This document shows positions 51,763 to 64,000 of a stretch of 64,000 nucleotides of DNA, piece after piece. Position 1 is the first letter of the stretch; each line of letters opens with the position of its first letter. Source of the DNA: Felis catus (taxonomy: Eukaryota); contig NC_058368.1 of the NCBI RefSeq assembly GCF_018350175.1, positions 52,391,815 to 52,455,814 on the forward strand, read 5' to 3'. The notes below the pieces were generated by a model. It ran no database searches. It was not told the DNA's origin and worked only from the letters and a program-made list of their open reading frames with translations. The position numbers and the translations under genes are program-made.

Positions 51763-52486
51763 GTCACAGCATCATCAGACTATGTCTAAACCAGTTGAGG
51801 CCTCAAGAACCAAAAATATAAACAATATTGTGGAGATATTCAAGTGCAGGTGTGAATTTTGAATGTGTTGTTTGCTGAGGTAAAGTGGAGGAATATCTGA
51901 GGGGGACAAACATGAGCTGCATAAACCTTGAAGCAAAGGAAATGTTGGCAACTGGAGGTAGGTAGGGCACGCATCCTCTGGCTGTGCTGACCTTATGTCA
52001 GAAGTGTTGTCCCTCTCCCGACTAGGGGAGCGAAACCAAGCCAAAGTCTGAGGATGAAGCATGCCCTTGGTTTAGGGACTTCCCTTCCCAGGACTCCACC
52101 TACCTCCTTGGGACTGCTGAGGGGTGTAGGTATGGGGGTGGGGGTGGAATCAGAGCAAGTTCCTGAGTTTAACCTGAAAGTGGGTGTCCTATGGCACCAC
52201 CAAAAAGAAAATAACTGGGAGGGATGATGACCCACCAACAACCTGCCGTGAGGGGTCATCCAGTTTCAGTGGCTGGGTCTGTGGAAGACGTGAGTCTCCA
52301 ACCCCAATCTTCAGGAAACCTTTCAGACTGCACCAAATTAAGATATTCAGCCTCTGTAAGCACTAAAAAGATTATGATGCCCTTCCCAAAATAAATATAA
52401 GTTTTCTTTTCCAACATAACGTAATACGTAAGGGTTTGCTGAAAAGTATTTGACTGCAAGAGTCTGGATGTTTATTAAAGCTGAAT

Positions 52487-52856
52487 TCTTTTTTTTTCTT
52501 CCTCTTCTCCTTCCTCCTCTCCATCCTCCTCTCCCTGAACCTGCCTCTCTTCCTCCTCGCCCTCTTGCTCTCCTTTCCTCCCCTCCTCCTCTCTTCTCCC
52601 TCTCCTCCTCCTCCCCCTCCTCCTCCTCCTCCTTCTTCTTCCACCTCTTCTTCTTCTCTTTCTTTCTTTCTTTCTTCTTTTTTTTCTTCTTCTTCCTCCT
52701 TCTTCTTCTCCTTCTCTTCCTCCTTCTCCTCTCCTCCTTCTTCCTCTTCCTCTTCCTTTTCTTTTTCTTCATCCTCCTCTTTCTCTTCTCCTTCCCTTCC
52801 TCCTGCTCCACTTCCTCCTCCTCCTCCTCCTTCTCGCTCTCTGTCTGTCTCTTTCT
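52487..52856 (+). repeat. (CCT/CTT)n pyrimidine low-complexity tract
   Basis: About 370 bp, almost only C/T. Confidence 0.95.
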
Positions 52857-54061
52857 GCCATGTTATAATTCAATAGTACAATAGAGGGTCCAAAGCTAAG
52901 GGCAGGATTACATATGTTCTGTGTGTTTTCTTGAAGAATGAATTAAAGAAGGGCAGAAATGGGTATTGGAATATCAGTATGGAGGCTGTTTTCTGTAGAC
53001 TAGGTGAGAGGTGACAGCAACTTGGATTAAAGCCTAGTGGCAAAGGAAAAAGAGGAAGTGGAAAGAGAGTTAAGTTTGACCATAAGCATTAGAGATAGTA
53101 AAAGCAAAGGAGACAAAGACAGATACGTGGCAAGAGACATGGACATAGAGACAAAGGAAATATGTATAATCTTGCCAATTACAACTAATGTTTTTATTTT
53201 GCCTCCAAAAGCTATCATTACTTGTTTATATTTTATAGGGGGGTGACTAATCATGGAATGATGGAATGAACATAATGCACACCTAATTACATATAGAAAA
53301 TGGACTGGAAAAAATACTTCCAACTGTTGATATGATTAGCTCTGAGTGGGTGGGTGATGCTAAGAACAAAAATGGCGAGAGTTCCATGAGCTCTGTTCCA
53401 GGCAAATTCTGGTCCCTTTGTTACCTTATCCATTTAATCCTCAGTTTTCAGGGTATGGGAATGTTCCTTACAGCTGGCAAATTAAAAATAATATTTACTT
53501 AAGCTATTTTTTAGAAAACACTGAAAATAATAGATTATGGGGGTGAGCAAGAATCACACCCAAGTTGCATTCAGACATGAAGAGTACAATTGTAACAGTA
53601 GCTGCTGAACATTCCTGTGTGCCCAAAACCATGCTAGGTGTTTTCCTAGTACTAACTCATTAAATTCTCATGATTTATTGAAGTGAATATTATCTCTATT
53701 TTCCAAGTAAAACACAAGTATGTCTTACATTAAGGATATTTTCCCTAGACTGATTCCAAAGACTCCAAAATTCAAGAGAATAATGAAGAATTTCATGCTT
53801 CAGAGATAGAGCCTTATTCTCCATCATGGAGATATCCAAGGAGTCTGGATTTTTTTAAAAAATGGAAGGACAGACAGCTACTATAATCTCTCAAATAGTG
53901 GCTTATTTTTACAGAGGAGGTTCAAATCCAGTATTATTCAAGTGTGGCTAGCTCTATATGACTAGGTTTCAAGCATTTACTAACTGCAATCGAAAAAGAA
54001 AGAAAGATTCCTAGAATAATTTCACTGAAAGCGGAGTATAGCCATTTTAAAGTAATAATTT

Positions 54062-55465
54062 TTTTTCTTTCTTACTAAGTTTTTAATTTTAATTCCAGTG
54101 CAGTTAACATACAGTATAACATACAGTTATATTAGTTATAGGTGTACAATATACTGATTCAACAATTCTATACATTACTCAGTGCTCATCACAAGTGCAC
54201 TCCTTAATCTCCATAATCTATTTCACTCATTCTGCCCTCTCCCCTCAGGTGACCATCAATTTATTCTTTATAGTTAAGAGTCTGTTTCTTGGTTTCTCTG
54301 CCTCTCTTTTTTCTCCTTTGTTTATTTATTTTGTTTCCTAAATTCCACATATGAGTGAAATCATATGGCATTTGTCTTTCTTTGATAGATATATAGATAC
54401 ATAGATACATAGATGATAGATAGATAGATATAGACAGATTGATAGATGAATGGATAAAGAAGATAGATATCTATCTTCTATAGAAGATATTCTATAGATA
54501 TATATCTATCTTCTTTATCCATTCATCTATCAGTGGACATTGGGGCTTCTATAATTTGGCTATTGTAGGTAATGCTGCAATAAACATAAGGTATATACAT
54601 CCTTCCTAACTAGTGTTTTTGTTTTCCTTGGATAAATACCTAGTACTGTGATTACTGGATCATAAGGTAATTCTATTTTTAATGGTTTTGAGGAACTTCC
54701 ATACTGTTTTCCACAGTGGCTACACCATTTGCATTTCACCAATAGTTTCTGACAGGTGTGAGGTGATATCTCATTGTGTTTTTCATTTGCCTTTCCCTGA
54801 TGATGAGTAATGTTGAGAATCTTTTCATTTGTCTCTTGGCCATCTGTATGTCTTCTTTGGAGAAATGTCTGTTCATGTCTTCTGTCTGTTTTTAATTGAA
54901 TTATTTTTTTTAGTCTTGACTTCATAAGTTCTTTATATTTTTTGGATACTAACCCTTTATCAGATATGTCATTTGCAAATACCTTTTCCCATTCAGTAGG
55001 TTGTCTTTTAATTTTGTTGACTATTTCCTTCACTGTGCAGAAGCTTTTTATTTTATTTTGATGTACTCCCAAGTTTATTTTTGCTTTTATTCCTCTTACC
55101 TCAGGAGACATATCTAGAGGAATGTTGCTATGACCAATGTCAGAGAATTACTGCCTGTACTTTCTTCTAGGTTTTTAATGCTTTCAGGCTCACATTTAGA
55201 TCTTTAATTTTATTTTGAGTTTATTTTTGTGTTTGGTGTAAGAAAGTGGTCAAGTGTCGTTCTTTTGCATGGCTGTCCAGTTTTGCTGACACAATTTGTT
55301 GAAGAGGCTGCCTTTTCCCATTGCATATTCTTGCCTCTTTGGTTGAAGATTAATTGACCATGTAATTGTGGATTTGCTTCTGGGCTTTCTATCCTGTTCC
55401 ATTGATCTATATATCCATTGATCTATGTATCTATTTTTGTGCCAGTGCCATACTGTTTTGATTAC
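54062..55465 (-). mobile_element. 5'-truncated carnivore L1 (3' part of ORF2 and 3'UTR), decayed
   Basis: ORF 54560-55111 (KIKSFCTVKE...RQPTEWEKVFAN..SDKGLVSK, IELPYDP) and 55250-55489 (YFKVIKTVWHWHKNR) are ORF2 motifs; perfect TSD tttaaagtaataattt at 54046-54061 and 55466-55481. Confidence 0.96.
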
Positions 55466-56983
55466 TTTAAAGTAATAATTTCTATTCACCCTTGAACTCT
55501 ACATAGTAATTGAATCTCAAGAGACTAAATTTCAATTGGAACAAAGAACCACACGTTGAGAGAGAGGACAAGTGAGAGAGGACAAGAGAGGACATTATAA
55601 AAGAATGTTTATGTAAATAGACCTAACTTTAAACACTCAGAGATTAAAGTTAAGGAATCAAATGCTTACTTGGGCTTTCCATATTTTTAGAGCCCAAGAT
55701 ATGTGATCAGTGATATACAGTCAGTACCTAAGAATTTTATCATGGATATAAATCCACCTCAAATGTGTTTTCATTGCAGTCTTTACAAACTTTACAAACC
55801 AAAGTGATTTTATTTATTAGTTCTGCTAGAAAAGAAAATTTTATTCCCAAAACAAAGAGCATATGTTCCTACCTCTTGCTCCTGTACACCCAAAATGTAG
55901 CGCTTTTTTTTTCCTGAGACATTGGAAGTCTTAAAAGGATAAAGTTGCATTGCCTCATTCTTTAACACAATTATTTCAAGTACTTCATCACCAAGCAAAG
56001 AATTACTTTTCAACCTTTTTAGTACTTTCATTTTTTTTTCTTGACTTAATCTCAGAGCCTAGGAAAAAAAAATAAAAGAAATTATGTTTTGTTCTTTGTT
56101 ATTGTCTTTGCTTTGCAAAATTAGACACATGCAAGCATCTGAATTCAGATCACATTCCCTCCCCCCACACTGCTGTGGGACGATTGTGTTGAGCAATGGT
56201 GAGGCAATGAATACTGCTCCAAAGCAGAAAGAATACACCTATACAAAATTTAATTTAAAATACACAAAAGAATGCATGTTTCCTCAAGTTTTAAAGCTGG
56301 ATTATGTGGTATTTGGAAGTAAGACTTGTTCCTTAGAAAGCCAGTTGTATTAAAATGTGACTGCTTTACTTAGTGTTAAGCAAATATTGAGAAGTGCTCC
56401 GACCCGAATTTTTGAACAAATGGATGTTTGTTGGCAACTTTAGTCAGTTTTGAAATATACCAGAAAAACTCCAGGAAAAGAACTTCATCAAAAATCCATA
56501 AGCATTGCCTTGTTAGGGCTCCCTGGTACCAGAACAAGGTGAACAGTAAAATGTTCAAGCAACATTTTCTTTCCCAGCCACTACTAGCCAATACTGAGCT
56601 TCCATCTCTGAACAAGGATGTAAATCATCTCATCATTGCCCTTTGTTATAATTTTTTATTTTGTCTGTAGGGCTATTTTATCGTTTATTAAAATTAGAGG
56701 CCTTGTATCGTTCATTTTTATCTTACCTAGAAATTCTAGTAATGGAAGGTGTTCCAACGCCTTTTAATTTAAGCAAGAACCAAACTGACCAACCAGATGA
56801 AAAAAAGTCCAGTCAAGTGCGTAGCAATTAACTGGTGGTTTGTGTCTGTGAGTCATTTGAATGTACAGCAATCATGTGGTCCTGGACATGAAGGTATGAG
56901 GAACAAAGCTAGAGATTATCTAGCCCAGTCTTCTCGTTTTGCACTACGAAAGTGAGACCAAAAGAAGCTAAGTGATTTGCAGT

Positions 56984-57574
56984 TGTAGGCAGACTACCAC
57001 GATTTTTCACCTCACTAGGGTACAAATCCTACATAATCCCCAGGACTATAAATAGGAGGGATTTTACGTTCATGATTAGGCTGTATTATATGGCTCAGTT
57101 GGCCTTAAATTAGAGAGCTTGTCTGGGGGGGGGGGGGGGGGGGGGCGTGACCTAATCATATAAGCCCTGTAAAAGCAGAGTTTTCTTCCACTGGTTGCAA
57201 AAAAGGAAGTCAGAGATTTGAAAGAGGAGGATTCAGTGCGCTATTGCTGGCTGGAAGAGGGAAGGAGCCATGTGGCAAGGGATGTGGGCAGCCCCTAGGA
57301 GCGGAGAGCAGCTCCCTATGGACAGCAGCAAAGAAACAGGAAACTCAATCTTGCAGCTGAAAAGAAGTGTATTCTGCCTAGATCCAGTGAGTTTGGAGGA
57401 AAACCCCAAGCCCACAAGGAACACTGTGGTCCTCGCTGCTACCTTGATTTCAGCAGAGAATCCAGCTCCACCATCCCCGGACTTCCGGCCACCAAAACTG
57501 TAAGCCAGTAAGTGGGTGTTGCTTTAAACTGCTGAGCTTGTGGTATTTTGTTACCTAGTAATTGAAAACTAATA
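56984..57574 (+). mobile_element. MLT1E-like ERVL-MaLR solo LTR inserted in a MIR
   Basis: tgtaggcagact start; gacagcagcaaagaaacagg and tgttgctttaa..tgctgag.ttgtggta.tttgtta...gaaaactaata end. Confidence 0.88.
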
Positions 57575-60129
57575 GCTTGTCTAAGATTCTATTGTTAATG
57601 AGTGATGGCCCGAGGCCTCCTGAGTCCCCGGACAAAGTCTTTTGCCTCCTGCGGGAGACAATGTTGATCGGTAGAGGCAATGATTCAGGAATGAATTTGG
57701 CCAACCAGCACTGAGGTGTATAACCAAGGTATAGCTGCCTCTTGGGTTAGAAATAGCCAAATTACCATTTCCCCATCACTGTTTGAGGCCTGGCAAAAAT
57801 TAATTCTGAATAAAAAATGATTTCAGAGGACATAGAATATCTGTTCCATCGAATTACATGACTAGAAACAAAAAAGGAAGCTACTCCAACATTCCAGCGC
57901 TCTCAGAGCTGGTGGTATTAGCTAGACACTAAGAAGGGGCACTTAGGGATCAGAATATAAACTCTATACATAATCTTTTAAAAGCATCATCACCCTGTTA
58001 AGACTTGGGAAAGAATTTTGTCAAGTGCAGAAAAATTTCCTATTCCGCTGTATGAAATTACTCTGAAGAGCAGAAGTTATGATTTGAATTTCGGAATAAA
58101 CCCAAGGCCTTTAGCCATTCATCCAGTTAGAGAAGTTCCCTCACTTTCTCTTCTTCTTAAAACCAAATTAGAAATTACTTGCTTCAAGGGGAAAAGGACT
58201 CACCAAGCACTTGTATTCCTCTCAGTGTATATGAGGCCTAGAGTCATGTATGCATTGATTTCCAGGATCAGTTAGTGACAATTCCTGCACATCAGACAGT
58301 GAAAAATCTACCACAGGCTCTCTAACCATTGTGACTTTGCTGATGAGGGGAACCGTGCCTTGGTCTTTCCCATGGTGTGCCATCTCTATTAGACTTTGTA
58401 AACTGCAGCAGTTGAAATCTTTAACCAGCCATTACTAATAAGCATATGTTAATTGTAGCAGAGATCATAAGCAGGTCAATTAGGAGGCAAAGACTGGAAC
58501 CGAAGGAAACATTCAGCTGGAGGGAAAATCCAGGGCAGGTGTCGGCCAGCGTGGTCTGCCCTGGCGGGAGCTCTAAGCATCCTGGGTAGGAGCTCATTTA
58601 ACGTTTTGATTTGCTGAATTTGCATTTCAAATTTTCATTCCTAATAGACAATATAGTCAGTCTTTGTTAATGAGGACTCTGATTACATGTGCCATTATAA
58701 TTGGGAATTAGCAGACCAGCCTTGTTTTGGAGATTAAACTCAAAGCAAATTGGATTAAATACTGTGTGACTGAAACCTCCTTTCTCTCTCTCTTTTTATT
58801 TTTTTTTTTGTTTGAAGTCAAAGGTGAGAAAAAATCCATTTGTTCCAGGCATATGGCTCATAACTTTATTATCATTTTTAGAGCTTTGATTATACTTCTA
58901 AAAATACTCTTCTTTGGCAGGGCTAATCTATAGTTTTTAAAACATGTGTTTATTAAATTTTCCTCCATAAACAGCAGACTTGTGACCCAATCATTAAGTA
59001 TTCAGAATTAATTACAGAATACATACACATATAGTGGTACACTTTTTATACAGTATGTTATACCTAAAAAAACAATGGAGGAGTGGTGTTTCAGAGTGAG
59101 CTTCAGGTAAAATTACTCAACCTGTCTTCACAATACTATTTGAGATCTTTTCATTGTAGTCTAACAAGTCCGTGAAATTTGTCCCGTTAGATTTTGGCAT
59201 ATTATCTTAAGTGCAAAGATGAAGTAAGAAATTTTGCATTAATGTTACCGACTCACGAAAATGCATTTTATCATAAAAATTACAATGCAATTTTTCTATT
59301 TTACATGGTAGTATCATAACCCTTAAGTGGCATATCGCTTAGGGTTATGTGGTCTTTCTTAATTCTCTTGGGTCATTTAAAATTGTAATCCAGTTACACT
59401 CCAACATTTTCATTATTAAGCTTAAGACCAATTCTTCAAAAACTACCACTAATCCCAAGTCATTGGAAAATCATGCTTATTAATTCTCATGAGATTCGGC
59501 TAGATGCTTGTTTGGCTATAGGCTGCCTTAATTACACAACAAAAGAAGATCTTCACAAGATGAAGAGAAATTCAAATATTTTTTGAGTGAATATTGGTCT
59601 TTGAAGGCACACAAATGAGGGTAGACCTGGATACAACAATCACAGACACTTTTTTAGCCACAAAAGGGGAAATGAAAAGAGGGGAAACTTTACACAGGGT
59701 TATGGGTTCATTTTGTTATTGTTGTTGTTGTTGTGTATATTTGTTTGTTTATCTTCACTGCAGTAGCGAGGAAAGTAGCCATGCAAATGAAAGTTAAAGG
59801 TGGCTTTAGTATGTCCTCACCCATCCAGAGATCTCTGAAAATGGAACAAGACCAAGTAGAAAATTTTTCCCGGAATGTGAATTCAATCATAGGAGGATCA
59901 GGAATTGTTTCTTTAGGAAGGCTTGATAATTGGTTAATCACTGTTTTGTATGCGTTGCCCAGGCCGGTGTCTGATTGAATGAGATGGGGAGAGCAGGGCA
60001 AGTAGCCAAGATACGAATCTGCCCTGAGAACAGATGCACATCTTTGCTTGTGTCCAAGCTCTATTCTGGGGACAAAATGACTTGTTTCAGTTAAACTAAT
60101 AGAAAATTGCAATTTAGACCATGTATGAG

Positions 60130-60596
60130 TTTCTTTGTATACCTGAGACCTTGGGCCATGCTAGAGAGTTTAGGCTAATGACATGATCTATGGTGATTGT
60201 CTGTTCTTGTATGCCCAAGAATTGGATGGTATCAGTTTGACTTCGGGGAAGCTGGAGACTAAGTAGCTAAGGTAGTCATATAGGCGTTCCAAGTGACTTG
60301 CCCCCAGTAATAAAACATGGGGATCAAGGTTGGGGTGAGATTCCCTGGGTTAGCAACACTTTGCGTGTGTTGTCACATGTCATTGCTGGGAAATGAAGCA
60401 CTATGTGACTCTTCTGGGAGAGAACAACTGGAAACTTGTGCCTGGTTTCTCTAGTCTCCAACCAATGCATCATGTCCCTCTGCTGATTTTAATCTCAATC
60501 CTCTTGCAATAATAAATTATGAGTGGAAGAGCTTTTCTGAGTTTGGTGAGTCCTAGAAAGTCACTGAACCTAAGGGTGGTCTTAAGGAGTCACGAC
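60130..60596 (+). mobile_element. MER21-like LTR
   Basis: gtgtgttgtcacatgtcattgctggg...tgggagagaacaactggaaacttgtgcctgg...tgctgattttaatct...ctgaacctaagggtggtctt. Confidence 0.8.
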
Positions 60597-62859
60597 AAAT
60601 CAAAAACATGAGTAACCTCACCATTTTTAATGGCCACAAAGTGTCCAATTGTATGACATACTATAATGTATTTTACTACTGTGTAATAAGCATTTACTCT
60701 CTCTCTGTCTCTGTCTCTCTCTCTTTTTAGTAACAAATAATCCTGTATGTGCAACTTTTTGAACTTACTAAATTTATTATTATTACCATATCTTTGCAAA
60801 TATGAAAGGCAAAAATGTGTTTCATTTTTACTTGCATTTCCTGAATATCTAGTCATGTTTAGCGGATCTTTGTATTTCTTCTTTTGAGAATCCTATGTGT
60901 GTTACCCATTTTCCTATTAGAATGCATAGCTTTTTTATTTTGGTTAGTACTATTTATTTTGGATTAATTGAGCAGATTAGTGAAGAGGTTTGAATTCTAA
61001 AATACTTTAAAACAAAGGTAGTCATATTGCACCTCATGCTTAACAAAAGTTGACCTAAACCCAACAGAAGTATTGCAAGTAGGGCTCTTGCTGAGACTAT
61101 ACTAGAGAATAGAAAACTCATCTACTTATTTCTAGTAAGAGCTTGCTTTGGAAGTGGCTAACACTGTGCCTAGTCATTTTGTTTAAACTATTCATTTTGC
61201 TAAGCAAAACTTTTCTTTTTATTCGAAGGTATGATCATATAAAATTCGGCCCAAATTTGGTCATTGCGGCCACAAGGATACTGGACTTTAACCATGAAGT
61301 GGCAAAAAAAAAAAAAAAAAAAAGTTTATACAATTGCTAAATTGCTCAACAACTGTTATATACAGCTTTACTAAGGACTAAATGACAGGATGCACGTATC
61401 AATGTCTCAACTTATCAATGAAGCTCTTCATTCTTAATTAAAAAACAGCCCTGCCTTAGCCAAATGCATTACTATCAGGTTCACTGAGAGAAACTTGGTT
61501 AAATTTCATTACACATTAAATGTGCCCGATACATTGTCCATTCAATTTAATATTTTATAAAACATTTCCATAGCAAATGGCTAGTCATCAGAAATGAGAA
61601 AGGGAGGGAGGACGGAGAGAAGGAAGAGAAGTCAGCTAAAAGTGAGTTGGGTACTTGGGGAGACACAGAAATCTTTAAGGACCCTCGGTCACCATTAATG
61701 CTAGAGAAATACCAGTAAACGAAGTGTTTTTAGAGTTTTTTTGAGAGAGGTTTTCCTCATTTAAGTAAGTGTACATTACTCTCTGGGGACTCAACTATGT
61801 CTCAGATTCCTTCTGACACTTGGAGATTATTTTATAGGGTGGAACATACTACTACTGATATTAAGTATTCTTGTTTTATTATTATTACTATTATAAGTGA
61901 TTAGTAAAAATTTATTTTGTGTTTAAAACGTTTTCATATATATTTTCTCATGGTCAATGACAAGCTCTACATATCTTCTAGAATCATTTAGAGGCATCTA
62001 GGAAAAGAATTTATCCAGCAAATATTTTGGCATATTGTAATAATTTACAGTTTACAAAGAGTCTTCACCTACATGACTTTGCTTCTTTTTTAGGAGTCCA
62101 TTCTAGTAGGCCCTGAAAACCTACATTTTTAGGGACAAGTAAATCCTGGTTTGGAGAGGTTACTTGCGCTACCTAGAGTTGCAACCGATACGATATGTGA
62201 TAAAGTTGTTCCTCTTGATTCATTCATTCATTTATTCAAAAAAGACTCTTTTAAGGTCCTGTGATAGGTCAGTTACTCTGCTAAGTGGTGACGACCGTAT
62301 GAAAACAGAAAATGTGGCTGGTTGTCTTTAAGGAATTCAGAGGTTAGCAGAAGCACTCAGCATGAAGTCGCATACTATAATGGATTGTCTTTGTTGGTAA
62401 CACAGAGGTGTAAATGCTGTAGTAGCAAAGAGAAAAAAATGATTGCAATCATATATTTGGAGTACAGTGGAGATGACCAGTAGGATTACAATGCCCAGAG
62501 TGTTCCTGGTGACCCCAAGAGATGCCACAGGATATTCCAGAACAATTCCAGGAAGAAAAACTGCAACTGTTCTGATACAGCAAGCTGAAAACAGTTGGGG
62601 GTGTTCCATATCCCCTGTCACCATCTTGAAATACATCAAAAAAGATATTATCACCCGGAGAAAAACTCACAGACTAAACACTGAACCTAAAATATATTCT
62701 GGCACTATGTGAGATAAACACATTTAAAAATTTTTTGATTAATATGTTAAATAGATTTTTTTTTTCTGACCACATAACAATTAGGACTCACAGCATAAAG
62801 TTTGGAATTTACAGAAGTGTTAGAAGAAAATTAAAAGCACACAATCCTGCTATAGATAT

Positions 62860-63570
62860 GCTATTTTCCTTCCTATGTGGAGTATTTCATAAATAATACT
62901 ATTCTGTATATATAATTTGTATCCTGTTTTTTATATTGACATTATAAATTAGAGTTTTTCATAACATTTAATCCAATTTGCCATGATTCAACTACTGTTG
63001 AATACTTCTCTTGTTCATAGAGTTTCCTAGTTATAAATGATGCTTTTTCTAAGGTCTTTTTTTTCCTCATTATTTTGTCTTATTATTTAGAATATTATTT
63101 TCCTAAAATAGATTATCAGATATAGTATCGTTAGGTCAAAAGTATAGCCATTTTCAACACTTTATACATGTTATCAGATTTGTCCCTTAGAAAGATTGCA
63201 TCAGTTCATATTCCCACCAGCAAAGAACGTTCTCATTAAATAATTGCTAATAGGGGAAGGTAAGAAATACATCTATGAGATATTTTTTACACACTTTAAA
63301 ATATAATTATTTATATTCTGATTTTGTGAATTTTGCCTTCATGATTTGTTTTCATTGGCTTATTGGAATATTGGCATTTTTAAGTCAACTTGTATATCAT
63401 TATATTTTAGGAATATTAACACTTTATAGTATTTACCATCAATATTTTTCTCAGTTTATTTTCTTGGCTTATAGTATATAATGTTTTTAAAGTAGAGACT
63501 TTAATACAGTTGAATCTGCACATCTTGTTTATCATGCTTTCTGCCATTATTTTTTGCTTTTAATTTGAGC
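62860..63570 (-). mobile_element. Old L1M (L1ME/MC-like) fragments
   Basis: gttaggtcaaaagtatagccatttt...agaaagattgcatcagtt.atattcccaccagca are L1 3'-region motifs. Confidence 0.6.
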
Positions 63571-64000
63571 TGAGAGTCATGCTTCATGACTTCAAGCCAT
63601 AGATCTAAATATCTCTAAACGTCCCCAGTGCCAATAATATGAACTATACAGGGGGCTGCTATAGCAATATATTGTTTCTAAACATGAGAATATACTGGTC
63701 AGCAGGAAAAATTATATGCCCTGGGTTAGAACACATATGTCTTCAAGGAACGTAGGTATTTTAAATTATTTTAAAGAAATTAACATACCTGGGTCTCCCC
63801 GTTTCTCTTGTAAGGTACAGGAAACTTTCTGGGGTTTTTTATGCCCCTGAATAAGATGAACGTCTTCATAACCTCCTTGTAACAGATGCTCTTTTAAACT
63901 GACTTGAGTTATCATGTGAATCGATATTGTTGAGCAGTATACACTGTGGATGTGATAGTCCCTCTTCTTTTCTTTGCACTAATAACACAGAATGTTCATT

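Noticed and set aside
52347..52884. Lys/Arg/Glu-rich and Phe/Leu/Ser-rich ORFs
   Set aside because: These are translations of the CT low-complexity tract.
54560..55489. ORFs with reverse-transcriptase-protein similarity as an active gene
   Set aside because: Frameshifted, deleted, 5'-truncated L1 ORF2 remnants.
59708..60112. 134-aa minus-strand ORF and the overlapping 81-aa plus-strand ORF
   Set aside because: Non-ATG starts, no recognisable domain, no convincing splice pair, and one end is a (TTG)n repeat.
1..64000. CRISPR arrays, prokaryotic operons, NUMT, rRNA, intact ERV
   Set aside because: None seen. The DNA is mammalian nuclear sequence with solo LTRs only and no regular repeat-spacer structure.

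Overview
This is mammalian, almost certainly felid (cat-family), non-coding genomic DNA. It carries about 20 Feliformia-type CanSINEs, many with visible target-site duplications (TSDs), on a background of older repeats: L1, L2, MIR, MLT1/MER21/MER31/ERVL solo LTRs, and Tigger1, Tigger2, MER5A, MER63 and MER94 DNA-transposon relics. I recognise no protein-coding gene, rRNA, tRNA gene or CRISPR array. The long ORFs come from low-complexity repeats or decayed L1. The window looks like a large intron or intergenic region with several homeodomain-motif-rich unique segments that may be enhancers. Most notable: (1) a ~775-bp CanSINE + Tigger1-fragment + A-tail cassette flanked by one shared TSD inside a MIR, suggesting SINE-associated 3' transduction; (2) a 1.5-kb higher-order (GAG)n purine minisatellite that reads as an RPGR-ORF15-like Glu-rich frame broken mainly at homopolymers; (3) a fold-back, templated-insertion repair scar inside an L1; (4) an unexplained 47-bp motif repeated 2.86 kb apart; (5) a chain of possible minus-strand exons of a spliced non-coding RNA. 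Repeat family names come from my recall of consensus sequences, not from a database search, and boundaries of old elements are approximate.
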